Shown here one piece after another: positions 21,371 to 34,300 of a stretch of 64,000 nucleotides of DNA. Below the pieces are notes generated by a model. That model made no database searches and was not told the origin of the DNA. It saw only the letters and a program-made list of their open reading frames with translations. Each line of letters begins with the position of its first letter. Positions within the stretch are counted from its first letter, which is position 1. Origin of the DNA: Bacteroidales bacterium (GTDB taxonomy: Bacteria > Bacteroidota > Bacteroidia > Bacteroidales > WCHB1-69); assembly GCA_016285145.1 (NCBI GenBank), contig JAEEQE010000004.1, forward strand, positions 45,022-109,021, read 5' to 3'. The position numbers were made by a program, and so were the translations under genes.

Positions 21371-22975
21371 ATGAAAACCAGACTTTTACTTTTAACACTT
21401 TGTGTGGCAGTCCTCTGCCTCCCGCTCAAGGCCCAGGAGACCGAGCTCGTGGGCGCCAACTGCACCTCCATCATGGTGGGCTGCAAGGCCTCCACCGACG
21501 GCTCCGTCATCACCTCGCACACGTGCGACAGCAAGTACCGCACCTGGGTGACCATGGAACCCGCCGCCGACCACAAGCCCGGCACCATGCATAAGGTCTA
21601 TAAGGGCACCATGCACACCAGCACGCCCAACGCCATGGAAAACGTGACGCTGGCCGGCGAGATTCCCGAGGCGGCGCACACCTACGCCTACATGAACACT
21701 GCCTACCCCTGCATGAACGAGAAACAGCTCGCCATGGGCGAGAGCACCTTCTCCGGACCCGACACCCTGCAGAACGAAAAGGGCATGTTCCTCATTGAGG
21801 AACTGCAGCGCATCGCCCTGCAACGCTGCGACAACGCCCGCGACGCCATCCGCCTCATCGGCGAGCTGATAGCCAAGTACGGCTACGGCGACGGCGGCGA
21901 GTGCATCACTATCGCCGACAAGAAAGAGGTGTGGCAGATGGAGATCTTGGGCGAGGGTCCCGACCAGATCGGCGGCATTTGGGCCGCCCAGCGCGTGCCC
22001 GACGATGAGGTGGCCGTGAGCTGCAACGTGGCCCGCATCGGAAAACTCGACCGCAAAAACAAGGATTATTTCATGTGCTCTGACAATATTGAGAAGGTGG
22101 CTAAGAAATTCGGCCTCTGGGACGGCAAAGGCGATTTCATCTGGTGGAAGGCCTTCCCGTCGTCCTATTCCGGCAAAAAGAATTTCAAGGAGCGCGAGTG
22201 GTACATCTTCACGCAACTTGCACCATCAAAGCACTTTGCCTTGGACGCCGACGAGCTTCCCTTCTCCATCAAACCGGATGAGAAAGTATCGCCGCAACGG
22301 GTGATGGAACTCTTCCGCGCCAACTACGAAGGCTGTCCCGAACTAGACCAGACCAAGAACCTCCTCTACCCCAAGAAGCGCAAGACCGAAAGCGGGGAGA
22401 TTGTCTATGACACCATCGTGTGCCCCAATGCCAACCCTTGGATGGACGGCAACGAGCGGGCCATGTACAACATGCTGAAGCCGGGTGCTGTGACCTTCTA
22501 CCGGGGCGTGGCCATGTCGTGGTGCTCCTACTCCACCATCATCCAATGCCGCAGCTGGCTGCCCGATGAGGTGGGTGGTCTCTGCTGGTTCTCGTTAGAG
22601 AATCCGGGCCAAAGTCCGCGCATCCCCATCTATGCGGGAAGCACCAAGATGCCCGCCGGATTCAACATCTGCGGCCATTTCGGCTACAACGACAACGCCG
22701 TGCTCTGGCACTACCGTAAGGCTAATAAACTGGCCCAGATCCGCTGGGGCGTCACCAAGAAAACTGTGTTGGACAACGTGGCCCGTTTTGAGACCAAGGC
22801 CTTCAACGAACTGCCGGATTTGGAACGGAAAGCCGTGGGGCTGATTCAAGGTGGGAATGTCAAGGAGGCCCAGAATGTTTTGAACCAATATTCCGCCGAT
22901 TTCGCCGGTGCCACCCGCCAGGTTTGGGAGGAGATGGAGCACAAATTCTGGGAGATGTTCTGGACAGGTTTCTAA
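21371..22975 (+). CDS. Peptidase family C69 dipeptidase, secreted
   Basis: It has a signal peptide followed by the N-terminal nucleophile context GANCTSIMVGCKASTDGSVITSHTCD, which is typical of C69. Confidence 0.85.
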   Translation: MKTRLLLLTLCVAVLCLPLKAQETELVGANCTSIMVGCKASTDGSVITSHTCDSKYRTWVTMEPAADHKPGTMHKVYKGTMHTSTPNAMENVTLAGEIPEAAHTYAYMNTAYPCMNEKQLAMGESTFSGPDTLQNEKGMFLIEELQRIALQRCDNARDAIRLIGELIAKYGYGDGGECITIADKKEVWQMEILGEGPDQIGGIWAAQRVPDDEVAVSCNVARIGKLDRKNKDYFMCSDNIEKVAKKFGLWDGKGDFIWWKAFPSSYSGKKNFKEREWYIFTQLAPSKHFALDADELPFSIKPDEKVSPQRVMELFRANYEGCPELDQTKNLLYPKKRKTESGEIVYDTIVCPNANPWMDGNERAMYNMLKPGAVTFYRGVAMSWCSYSTIIQCRSWLPDEVGGLCWFSLENPGQSPRIPIYAGSTKMPAGFNICGHFGYNDNAVLWHYRKANKLAQIRWGVTKKTVLDNVARFETKAFNELPDLERKAVGLIQGGNVKEAQNVLNQYSADFAGATRQVWEEMEHKFWEMFWTGF

Positions 22976-23013
22976 AACACGCAGGGGGGCTGTTTTTGTA
23001 TTCAAAAAAAGTG

Positions 23014-23021
23014 TATATTTG
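23014..23021 (+). promoter_or_regulatory. -7 box TATATTTG for the EF-G paralog
   Basis: gtgTATATTTGcgccc lies 54 nt upstream of ATG 23075. Confidence 0.4.
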
Positions 23022-23074
23022 CGCCCCTTATTAAAAACAACAAGAATTTATAAATCAAATAATTAAAATCCCCA

Positions 23075-25204
23075 ATGAAAGTTTATCAGACGAAAGAAAT
23101 CAGAAATGTTGCCATCATCGGTGGTAACCGTGTAGGTAAAACCACCTTGGCTGAAGCCATGGCCTTCCACGGAGGCGTTGTCAGCAGACGCGGAACGGTA
23201 GAAGATAAGAACACCATTTCAGACTATCGCGATGTGGAGTTGGAGAGACAGCAGTCCATCCAAAGCACCGTGATGTATGCCGAATATGAAGGCAAGAAGA
23301 TCAACATGATTGACTGTCCGGGTTTTGATGACTTTATTGGTGAGACCATCGGCGCTCTCCGCGTCATGGATACCGCCCTCATGGTGATCAACTCCCAGAA
23401 CGGTGTGGATGTGGGTGCCGAGATCCAGTGGCGCCGCACCAAGGAGATGCACGTTCCCGTCATGTTTGTTGTGAACCAGCTCGACCACGAGAAGGCCAAC
23501 TTCGACGAGACGCTCCACCAGCTGAAGGAGTACTTCGGCGGCAGCGTGATGCCCTTCCAGTTCCCGGTGAACGCCGGCATCGGCTTCGACTCCGTCATCG
23601 ACCTGCTTCAAATGAAGCTCCTCAAATTCCCTGCCAACGGTGGCAAGATGGTTGTTGAGGATATTCCCGCCAACCTCGCCGACAAGGCTGAGGAGATGCA
23701 CAGCGCTCTCATCGAGGCCGCCGCTGAGAACGACGAAGCCCTCATGGACAAATTCTTCGAAGAGGGAACCCTTTCCGAAGAGGATATGGTGAAAGGTTTG
23801 AAACTCGGTATCGCCAACCGCGGCACCTTCCCGGTGATCTGCGTGGCCTCCAAGACCGACCAAGGTGTTGACCGCCTCATGGACCTCGTCATCAAGAACT
23901 GCCCCACACCGGACGAGGCTCCCGCGATGAAGGCCACCAACGGCAACGAACACAAATGCAATGCCGCCAATCCGTTCACGGGCTTTGTTTTCAAGACCGC
24001 CATCGAACAACACCTCGGCGAAGTTGCTTTCATGAAGATCGTCGATGGCGAAGTGGTGAAGGCCGCCGATTTGACCAACAGCAACACCAACACTAAGGAG
24101 AGAGTCTCCCAGCTGTTAGTGTTTGCCGGCAAGAACAGAGTGGAGGTTGAAAAGGCTGTGGCTGGCGACATCGTGGCCACCATCAAGCTGAAAAACACCC
24201 CGACAGGCACCACTTTAGTGGCTAAGGGTGATGACATCATCGAACCCACCGTCTATCCGGATCCCAAGTTCCGTACCGCTGTCCGCGCCAAGAACAGCGC
24301 CGACGACGAGAAACTCGGCCAGGTGCTGAACGAGATCCGCAAAACGGACCCGACCTTCCTGATGGAACAGTCCAAGGAGCTGAAGCAGATGATCATCTCC
24401 GGTCAGGGCGAGCAACACCTCAACATCGTGAAATGGATGATTGAGAAGCTCAATAAGATCGAAGTCGAGTACTACGCTCCGAAGATCCCGTATCGTGAGA
24501 CCATCACGAAATCCGCAGAGGCCATGTACCGTCACAAAAAGCAGTCCGGTGGTTCCGGCCAGTTCGGTGAGGTGCACATGCTCATCGAGTCCTACTACGA
24601 GGGCATGCCCACCCAGACCAAATACCCGATCCGTGCCACGGAGACCTACGATCTGCCTTGGGGCGGCAAGCTCATCTATAACAACTGTATCGTGGGTGGT
24701 GCCATCGACGCACGCTTCATGCCCGCCATCCTGAAGGGTATCATGGAGAAGATGGAAGAGGGTCCGCTTACCGGTTCCTATGCCCGCGACATCGTGGTCA
24801 ACATCTACGACGGTAAAATGCACCCGGTTGACTCCAACGAGTTGGCATTCAAGTTGGCTGGCCGTAACGCCTTCAAAGAGGCCTTCAAGAACGCCGGTCC
24901 CAAAATTCTGGAACCCATCTACGATGTGGACATCTTCGTGCCCGCTGACCGTATGGGTGATGTGATGACCGACCTTCAGGGCCGTCGTGGTATCATGATG
25001 GGTATGGATGCCGAAGGCGCCTTCCAGATGATCCACGCCAAGATTCCGTTGGCAGAGATGAACAAATACTCCACCACGTTGAGTTCCATCACCTCCGGCC
25101 GTGCCTCCTACAGCATGAAATTCGCCGAATACCAGCAGGTTTCCGCCGATGTTCAGAGCGAAATCATCAAGAAGTACGAAGAGGAACACAAAGACGAGGA
25201 ATAA
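23075..25204 (+). CDS. Elongation factor G paralog (EF-G2-like) with a non-canonical G3 motif
   Basis: 709 aa with five-domain EF-G layout. The P-loop is GGNRVGKT. G3 reads DCPGF (F84, codon 23324..23326) instead of DTPGH. Confidence 0.88.
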   Translation: MKVYQTKEIRNVAIIGGNRVGKTTLAEAMAFHGGVVSRRGTVEDKNTISDYRDVELERQQSIQSTVMYAEYEGKKINMIDCPGFDDFIGETIGALRVMDTALMVINSQNGVDVGAEIQWRRTKEMHVPVMFVVNQLDHEKANFDETLHQLKEYFGGSVMPFQFPVNAGIGFDSVIDLLQMKLLKFPANGGKMVVEDIPANLADKAEEMHSALIEAAAENDEALMDKFFEEGTLSEEDMVKGLKLGIANRGTFPVICVASKTDQGVDRLMDLVIKNCPTPDEAPAMKATNGNEHKCNAANPFTGFVFKTAIEQHLGEVAFMKIVDGEVVKAADLTNSNTNTKERVSQLLVFAGKNRVEVEKAVAGDIVATIKLKNTPTGTTLVAKGDDIIEPTVYPDPKFRTAVRAKNSADDEKLGQVLNEIRKTDPTFLMEQSKELKQMIISGQGEQHLNIVKWMIEKLNKIEVEYYAPKIPYRETITKSAEAMYRHKKQSGGSGQFGEVHMLIESYYEGMPTQTKYPIRATETYDLPWGGKLIYNNCIVGGAIDARFMPAILKGIMEKMEEGPLTGSYARDIVVNIYDGKMHPVDSNELAFKLAGRNAFKEAFKNAGPKILEPIYDVDIFVPADRMGDVMTDLQGRRGIMMGMDAEGAFQMIHAKIPLAEMNKYSTTLSSITSGRASYSMKFAEYQQVSADVQSEIIKKYEEEHKDEE

Positions 25205-25229
25205 TCCTATACATAATATATATTATGAA

Positions 25230-25261
25230 AGAGACGGTGCGTTGCACCGTCTCTTTTTTTT
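25230..25261 (+). terminator. Rho-independent terminator after the EF-G paralog
   Basis: A 10-bp stem joins agagacggtg to caccgtctct. The loop is 5 nt and a T7-8 run follows. Confidence 0.8.
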
Positions 25262-25296
25262 ATTGTCGCAGACAAAAAACTATTGTCAAGAACGCC

Positions 25297-25329
25297 AGAA
25301 AGAAATGTCTCTTCGAGACATTTCTTTCT
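25297..25329 (-). terminator. Perfect 15-bp hairpin overlapping the stop codon of the 3082-aa gene (possible terminator)
   Basis: agaaagaaatgtctc-ttc-gagacatttctttct. There is no clear U-run on the minus strand, so its function is uncertain. Confidence 0.45.
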
Positions 25330-28300
25330 ACTTCTTTATCGCTTTCCGCACCGTCGCAATGCGACCTTCCGCTATTATTTCCACGAAATAGATACCCTTA
25401 GCATACGGGGTAAGGTCTATCTGCATGATTTCTGAAGATATCGGAACCGATTGCAGCAACTTGCCGTATGCGTCATACAGGAGAATGTCGGTTGGCAGTG
25501 CACTGTAATGCGAGAACCTTACATTGAGAATGTCGTTTGTAGGATTGGGATAGATAATGACATTATTGTCGAGCAGATAATCGTTCACGCCCACAGAGAC
25601 GGAAAGATGCAATGTCACGATACTGTCGCAGCCGTTTGCAGCTTGCAAGGTTTGCATGTAATCACCTGAAGCACAATATGTTTCCGTGTTCCAATGGTAG
25701 CACGAGTCGGGAGTGGCAATGGTAAAGTCGGAATAGGTGGGGGCAATCACGTTAACCGGATGAGAAGCTCTTTCGGAACATCCGTTCTGGTCCGTGACGG
25801 TGACGGAGTAGCTTCCGGCATCACTGCCCGTAATCTGGTTGGTAGTGGCACCCGTGGACCACAGGTACTGGGTACCGCCAGTAGCCGTCAACGTGAACAT
25901 GTCGCCTTCGCAGATTTCGTTGTCACCGGTAATGGAAGGTGTAGGCAACGGTAACACAGTCAAAGTGAGGGTTATAACACTATCGCAGCCATGAATTGTC
26001 GGCACCGTGTCACGATAAACGCCCGCCGTGGTGAGCGTTGTTCCGAGGAAGTTGTAACTCTCGCCCTGACAGATGGTATCTGCCATTGAGCTGGATGTAG
26101 CGTGATACAGCGTAAGGTGGAGCGTGACTACAGAATCGCAACCATTGGCATTGGTTAATGTTTGCGTGTAAACGCCTGACTGCGTGTAAATGGAATCGTT
26201 CCAGGTATAACTATTGCAGGCAACATCTGTAAATTGCGTTGATGATGACGGGTTAATAGTCAAATGAAGCGTTACGATACTGTCACAGCCATCCTCATTC
26301 GATAAAATCTGTGTATAATCGCCACTTTGTGTATAGGTGGAATCATTCCAAGTGTAACTGTCACAAGCAACTTGAGTAAATGTAGTAAATGAAGAGCTGT
26401 TGATGTTCAGATGGAGCGTGACTATGGAGTCACAACCATTCGCATTGGTGAATACCTGCGTATAATCGCCGCTTTGTGTATAGGTAGAATCATTCCAGGT
26501 GTAGCTGTCACAAGCAATTCGGGTAAATGAATGGGTGGTGGGCGTGTTCACCGTCAACGATAGGACAATAATGCTGTCGCAAGCATGAATAGACGACAAT
26601 GTATCGCGGTAAACGCCCGTCGCGGTGAGGTTATTGCCAAAGAAGTTATAGCTTTCGCCCTGGCAGATCTCCGCCGCCACCGGCGTTTCATACACCGGGT
26701 TCACCGTCAAGGTCATCGTCACGATGGAGTCGCAGCCGTAAACGGTTTGCAGGGTGGCTATCTGCGTGCCCGCGGCCGTGAAGGTCTTATTGTTCCATAC
26801 TATCGGAAGCGCGCTTTCGCACACGCTCCGTCTGTCGGTGACATTGTAGGTGGAATGCACCGTCAACGACAGGATGATGACGCTATCACAGCCATGAATT
26901 GTCGGCAACGTGTCGCGATAAACGCCCGTTGTGGTCAGCGTTTTGCCAAAGAAGTTATAGCTCTCGCCTTGGCAGATTTCCGCTACTACCGGTGTTTCGT
27001 ACACCGAGTTCACCGTCAAAGTCATCGTTACGGTGGAGTCGCAACCATAAACGGTTTGCAGGGTGGCCGTCTGCGTGCCCGCTGCCGTGAAAGTCTTATT
27101 GTTCCACACTATCGGAAGCGCGCTTTCGCAGACGCTCCGTCTGTCGGTGACATTGTAGGTGGGATGCACGGTCAACGTCAGAGCGATGACGCTGTCGCAA
27201 CCATGAATTGTTGGCAATGTGTCGCGATAAATGCCCGTCGCGGTAAGCGTTTTGCCAAAGAAGTTATAGCTTTCGCCCTGGCAAATCTCCGCCGCCACCG
27301 GCGTTTCATACACCGGATGCACGGTCAGCGTCAAAACGATGACGCTGTCGCAACCTTTTACGGTCCGTAATGTGTCGCGATAAACGCCCGCCGTGGTGAG
27401 CGTTTTATTAAAGAAGTTGTAACTCTCGCCCTGGCAGATCTCTGCCGCCATCGGCGTTTCATACGTAGGATGCACCGTCAACGTCAGAACGATGACGCTA
27501 TCGCAGCCATGAATTGTCGGCAACGTGTCACGATAAACGCCCGTTGCGGTGAGCATTTTACCATAGAAATTATAGCTCTCGCCTTGGCAGATTTCCGCTG
27601 CTACCGGCGTTTCATACACCGGGTTCACCGTCAAGGTCATCGTCACGGTGGAGTCGCAGCCGTGAACAGTTTGCAGCGTGGCCGTCTGCGTGCCTGCCGC
27701 TGTGAAGGTCTTATTGTTCCACACATACGGAAGCGCGTTTTCGCAGATGCTCCGGCTATCGGTGACATTATACGTGGGATTGACGGTCAGATTCAGCGTG
27801 AAAACGCTGTCACAGCCGTGGATGGTATGCAACGTATCTGTGTAGAAGCCTGCCGTGGTCAGCGTCCGCCCAAAGAACGTGTATGTCTCGCCCTGACAAA
27901 TCGTATCATGGATTGCCGTCAGCATGGAGAAATAAAGGGTAAGGTGCAGCGTAACGGTTGAATCGCAACCATACCTGTTGGTAAATGTCTGCGTGTAATC
28001 GCCACTTTGGGTGTAAATGGCATCGTTCCAAACATACTGGTCACAGGCGGTGTCTGAGAATTGGGTGAATGAGACAGGATTAACAGTCAGTGCGAGGGTT
28101 ACAATGCTGTCGCAACCGTGGCTGGTCAGCACCGTGTCGGTGTAGAAGCCCGCCGTGGTCAATGCATTCCCGAAGAACATGTACGTCTCGCCCTGACAAA
28201 TGGTGTCAATCAGGCTGGTGAATTGGGAATAATTGACGGTTAAGTGCAACGTGACGGTCGAATCGCAGCCGTTGGCATTGCGGAGTGTTTGGATGTAATC

Positions 28301-31300
28301 ACCCGACTGCGTGTAAAGGGAATCGTTCCAGCGGAAGCTGTCACAAGCTGTTGCGGTGAAGGTGTTGAATGAGAGCGGATTCACCGTAAGGTAAAGGGTC
28401 ACGATGCTATCGCAGCCGGCAGAGGTCTGAAGCGTGTCGGCGTAGGTCCCGCTTTCCGTAATCACACGATTGTGGAAAACATAGCTGTCGCCTTGGCAGA
28501 TTTCACGGATAACACGGACAGAAGGTGTCACATGCTGCAATATCTCGCTCAGCATAAAGCTCTTTTCGAGAGACAATCCTCCAATATCCGTTGTCCGTAC
28601 CCGTATGGAGTATAATGTTTGGGGACTACAGACGAACGTGGCGGCCGTTCTCAACTGGTTGCCATCGATAGTAAACAAGGCGTTATCCGTATCGCCATCG
28701 CCGCTCACCAACTCATATACGAAGGGCAGGTTCACATCATTGTCCAACGTGTAGAACTCGCCCACATAGCTGTTGACAGGACCATATTCATAGAAGGAAT
28801 TACCGTTCAACACAAGGTCAATGGGCGGCTCGTTGTAATTGACGGAAGTGTCAGCCAAGGGCTTGAAATCCTCTTTGTTGCCCACATTGTCGGTGGCGAT
28901 GGACATAAACTGGTAATAGACACCATTTTCGAGGGTATATGAAAATGTGCTGTCCGGGTGGGTGCTGCCGATAAGCGTGTAGGCGGCATTGTTGACAGAC
29001 ATATAAACGCCCACTTCGCGCACACCCGACCCGCCTGCATCGTCTTGGGCCTCGAACGAAAAGGTGCAATAGAGGGAATCCTGTGCATTCAGATCCGCAT
29101 GGAGCATGGAGGTGGGTGCCACGGCATCAAAGGTGTTGGTCCACACGTTGGTACCTATCGCAGCGTTGTCGTCAAACACGATAAGGGCCTCGGCCCCGAC
29201 GGTGTCGCCAGTATGGACATTGGCCTCCGGATTGATGTAGAAACTGACATAACCCTGCCCGTGCTCCAAAGAGTCATTGATGGGCAGGAAACCCATCTGC
29301 GAACTGACAGGTTCCGCGCCAGTGGCGGGATCTATACTCTGGAAAATCCAGAACAGCTGATGGTTCTGGATGTCAATGCCGGCATTCACATCCACCCAAA
29401 CGCCCAAAGAATCCGACACATCCAAACGCTGGCTGTAGGACGACGCATTGGAGGGAACATTGAAGATGAAGCTTCCGAAACCGAAATCCGCCAGACGGAA
29501 AGAGGAGATTTTCTGCTGGTCCGGCACATCATAGGTAATCTTCACGCGCGAGGCGGGTGCCATAGCGAAATCCGGATCGTTTTCAAATTCTATGGTGTAG
29601 TTCATCTTGTCGGTGGCGTTCACAAAACGGTTCTCATCCGAATATCCGTTCGGACCCCGAATCTCATTCGGGTCCTTGGCACACTCCAGTTTCTTGGCCC
29701 AACCATCCAACGTATTAGAAGCCTGAGCGTTATTCGCATCTGTAACAGAGCAGGTAACGCTGAAATACCCTTCAGAAGGGGTAATGGTTTTGACAGCCGA
29801 TGTGTTGCTTATCTGCCGCCATCCATGGAAACTGTATGGCTGCTTTCCTCCCGAAGCCGAGGCCGTGAACGTGACACTTGGAATGCCGTTGCAGCCTCCT
29901 TGCACGTCGGTGGGTCCTGTCACTTTCACTTTCAAATCACAATCCTTCTTCTTGGTAACTTCTACCGTTTTCTTATAGAACACCACGTTTGTGAATTGAT
30001 TGTGCTTCACTTTTACCGAATAGGTTCCCTTGGATAAACCCGTCACGTATGGGGCATTCGAAATAAGACTGTTATCCTTCCTCCATTCTATAACACATTG
30101 GCCTCTGATTTCTTCTGGAATATAAATAGACACTTCCCCATCCTTCCCCGGATCACAGGATTCTTCTTTCTCCATTCTAGCATACATACAGTTCTTGTCG
30201 CCGTCTTTCTTTTTGATGGTAAGATGCAAGGTCGTAGTACTTTCACAGCCATTTTCATTGAAATATCTATAGACATAGTCCCCGCTTGACCTATAGGTGA
30301 AGCCGGTGGCCGCCCAAGTATATTTGTCAAAGGCCGTTTCATAGATTTCATCATCCGTGCCTTTAAAGATGGTCAAGTGCAACGTCTTGCTGCTGGGACA
30401 TCCATGGGAGTTGGTGTATCGGAACACATGGTTGCCACTTTCCGTATAGGTCTGGCCATTGACAAGCCAGAAATAGGAATCACATTCCGAAACGGTTTCT
30501 TCTTCTATATCTCCCTCATGGATAGTAAGATGCAGGATTTCCGTGACGGCACATTGGTTCTCATTAAGATAGGTATAAGAGTATGTACCACTTTCCGTAT
30601 AGGTTTGATTATTGACTGGCCACATATAGGATCCGCATTTTGTGACAGAAGATTCGTTGGTCTCCTCATGGTTGATGGTCAGAATCAATGTATGCATACT
30701 CTCACATCCCGAATCATTCATATATGTATAATAATATTTACCGCTATGTGTATAGGTCTCACCCGTGACATTCCATCGGTAAATCTCGCAAGCGGTAACC
30801 TCAACGGAATCTTCAGAACCTTCTCCCACAGTCACAGCAAACGAGGCGGAGTTGTGGCAGTTGTTTTCGTCAGTACCCGTTACCGTATAGGTGATATTGT
30901 CGGTGGGCTCCTCCAGAATAGTCTTGGATGTGCTACCGGTAGACCATACGTATGTCTTTGCTCCCGAAGCGGTCAGTTCCGTACTCTCCCCTTCGCAAAT
31001 CATATCATCACCACTGATGCTCACAATGGGCAATTCGTTGACCGTTACAAAAACAGAGGCAAAACTGCGGCACATGTTGGCATCCACACCCACTACGGAA
31101 TAGGTGGTGCTGGCGGTGGGGCTTTGTGTGATGCTGTTGCCCGCGCTACCCGTATTCCACGAATAGCTTTGGGCTCCTGTGGCCGTGAGGGTGACACTCT
31201 CCCCCTTGCAGATCATGGCACCGCCGAGGATGAACACACTCGGCAGGGGATTGACAATCACCGAGGCGGTGGCCGTGGCCGTACAACCGTGGATATCCGT

Positions 31301-34300
31301 ACCCGTCACGGCATACGTCATGTTGCTAGAGGGCGCATCGGTGAAGCTGGGGCCTGTAAAACCATTGCTCCACTGGTACGTTTGGGCACCCGCAGCGGCC
31401 AGCATGACACTTTCGCCGCTACAGATGGACCCGCCACCCGAAATGCTCACCTGGGGTAATCCGTAAATGGTCAGATGCAGGGTTTGGGAACTGGGACATC
31501 CGTCGCTGTTGTTATACTCATACACATGGTTGCCACTTCTTGTATAGGTCTGACCCGTTGCAGCCCATGTATAGGATTCACATTCCGTGATGGTTTCCTC
31601 TGTATGAGTGCCGTGATGGATGGTGAGATTCAAAATCTCGGTGGTCTCGCACTGGTTGGCATTAGTATAACTATACGTATAAGTGCCGCTTTCCGTATAG
31701 GTCTGCCCATTGACCGGCCACGTATAGGATTCATCACATCTGGAAATAGACGTGGTGTGCGTCTCGTTGTGCGTGATGGTCAGAATCAGCGTGTGCGTAC
31801 CCAAGCATCCTGCGCTATTGGTGAACGTGGTGGAATAGGTGCCGCTTTCCGTATAAGTCTGCCCGTTGGCGTACCAAGTGTAGGATTCGCAGGCGCTGAC
31901 ATTGATGGTGTCAGACGTACCCTCGCCCACGACTACGGTGAACGAGGCGTTATTCGAACACCCGTTCCCGTCCGTACCCGTCACCGAATAGTTTGTGTTG
32001 ACGGTAGGACTCACGAGGACCGTCCGGCTGGTGCCGCCGGTGGACCAGACGTAGGTCTGCGCACCCGAAGCAGAAAGTTCCGTACTCTCGCCTTCGCAAA
32101 TGGAGGTCTTGCCGGCAATGTGGACCGTAGGCAATGGATGCACGGTAACCGAAACAATCTTTGTGGCTGTAGCCTTACAGGATCCTTGTGAAACCGTGGC
32201 AGTCAAAACATAATTACCTGATTGATTTGTTGTTGCATTTGGAAGTGTAATATGATCGCTGGTGCTGGTGAACTGGTTGGGGCCGGTCCAGCTATATGCG
32301 ATGTCCCCATTGCCTGTGGCGGATGGGGCGATACTGATAGTCTGATGCAAGCACACGGACACGGGTGGGATGTTGCCGAGGGTGACAGTGGGTTTGTGGA
32401 TGGTGAGATTCAGAATCTCGGTGGTCTCGCACTGGTTGGCATTGGTATAACTATACGTATAAGTGCCGCTTTCCGTGTAGGTCTGTCCAGTGACCAGCCA
32501 TGTATATGATTCACATTCCGAGATGTTGGTGGTGTGCGTCTCATTATGGTTGATGGTCAAAAACAGCGTGTGCGTACTCAAACATCCTGCCCCATTGATG
32601 AACGTGGCGGAATAGACGCCGCTTTCCGTGTAGGTCTGCCCATTGGCAAGCCAAGTGTAGGATTCGCAGGCGCTGACGCTGATAGTGTCATCTGAACTCT
32701 CGCTCACGATTACCGTGAATGAGGCATTGTTGGAGCAGCCGTGGATATCCGTACCCGTCACGGCATACGTCGTGGTGTTCTCAGGCGCATCGCTGAAACT
32801 GGCTCCTGTAGAGCCATTGCTCCACTGGTATGTTTTGGCACCCGTAGCGGCTAACATGACACTTTCTCCACTACAGATGGAAACTCTACCCGATATGCCC
32901 ACCTGGGGTAATCCGTAAATGCTCAGATGCAACGTTTTGGAACAGGGACAGCCGTCGCTGTTGTAGTACTCGTACACATGATTTCCGCTTTCCGTGAAGG
33001 TCTGACCTGTCTCAACCCATGTATAAGATTCACATCCCGAGATGGTTTCCTCCGTATGGGTGCCATGATGGATGGTAAGATTCAGAATCTCGGTAATCTC
33101 GCATTGGCTGGCATTGGTGTAACTATAAATATAGGTACCGCTTTCCGTGTAAGTCTGCCCATTGACCGGCCAAGTGTACGTTTCGCATTCCGATATTGTG
33201 GTGGTGTGTGTCTCGCTATGGGTAATAGTCAAATGCAGCGTGCGCGTGCTTTGGCAGCCGGCATTGTTGGTATATACAGAGGTATAGGTACCGCTTTCCG
33301 TATAGGTCTGCCCGTTGGCGTACCAGGTGTATGATTCACAGGCCGTTATGCTGATGGCGTCATCCGTACCCTCGCCTACCGTTACGGTAAACGAGGCGTT
33401 ATTCGAACATCCGTTCTCGTCCGTACCCGTGACCGAATAGTTTGTATTGGCGGCGGGACTCACAAGAACCGTCCGGTCAGTACTGCCGTTGAACCAGACG
33501 TAAGTCTGTGCCCCCGAAGCGGAAAGTTCCGTGCTCTCACCTTCGCAAATGGAAGTTTTGCCAGCAATGTGGACAGTAGGCAATGAATGTACCGTAACCG
33601 ATATGTCCTTTGTGGCTGTAGCCTTACAGGGACCATCCTTGACAATGGCGGTTACAGTATAATTACCTGACATATTTATTGTTGCATTTGGAATGGTAAT
33701 ATGGTCGCTGGTGCTGGTGAACTGGTTGGGGCCTGTCCAGCTATATACAATGTTTCCATTACCCGTGGCATTTGCAGCAATACTGATGGGTTGATGCAAG
33801 CACACGGACACAGGTGGAATGTTGCCGAGGGTGACAGCAGGTGTAAGAATGGTCAGATGCAAGGTGTCGTTATGCGCATGCCCTTGTGCATCGGTATAGG
33901 GATGTATGTATGTACCGCTTTCTGTGTAGGTCTGCCCAGTGGCCGGCCATTTATACTCATTGCACTCAGTAACATAAATGGTATAGAAAAACAATTTTAT
34001 GTGTATGATGCTGTCACACCCGTACATGGTGCGATAGTTCAAAGAGAAAGAGATTGAATCCGGTGTGCCAACGCCCAATACAGTGTCTCTGTATGTATAG
34101 GGCAGCTGGCTTTGCGAAATCCGGATAGTGTCCCATGTCTCGTCGGGAATGCAGTTGGTGACGAAGCGCACTTCCTCGCCGTATGCCGTACCCACGCTGT
34201 TGGTCGCGTAGGCGCGCACATAATACTCCTGTCCCGGGATCAACCCCTCTATGGAGCTGTTAAAGGTGCCTATGCCGCTACCGTTCACCGTATGGCTGTC

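Noticed and set aside
26560-27960. Regularly spaced near-identical repeats that could superficially resemble a CRISPR array or satellite
   Set aside because: The repeats are contiguous with no unique spacers. The period is 153/306 bp, and they sit in frame inside a long ORF encoding a Cys-bracketed protein module. They are coding tandem repeats, and no cas genes are present in the window.
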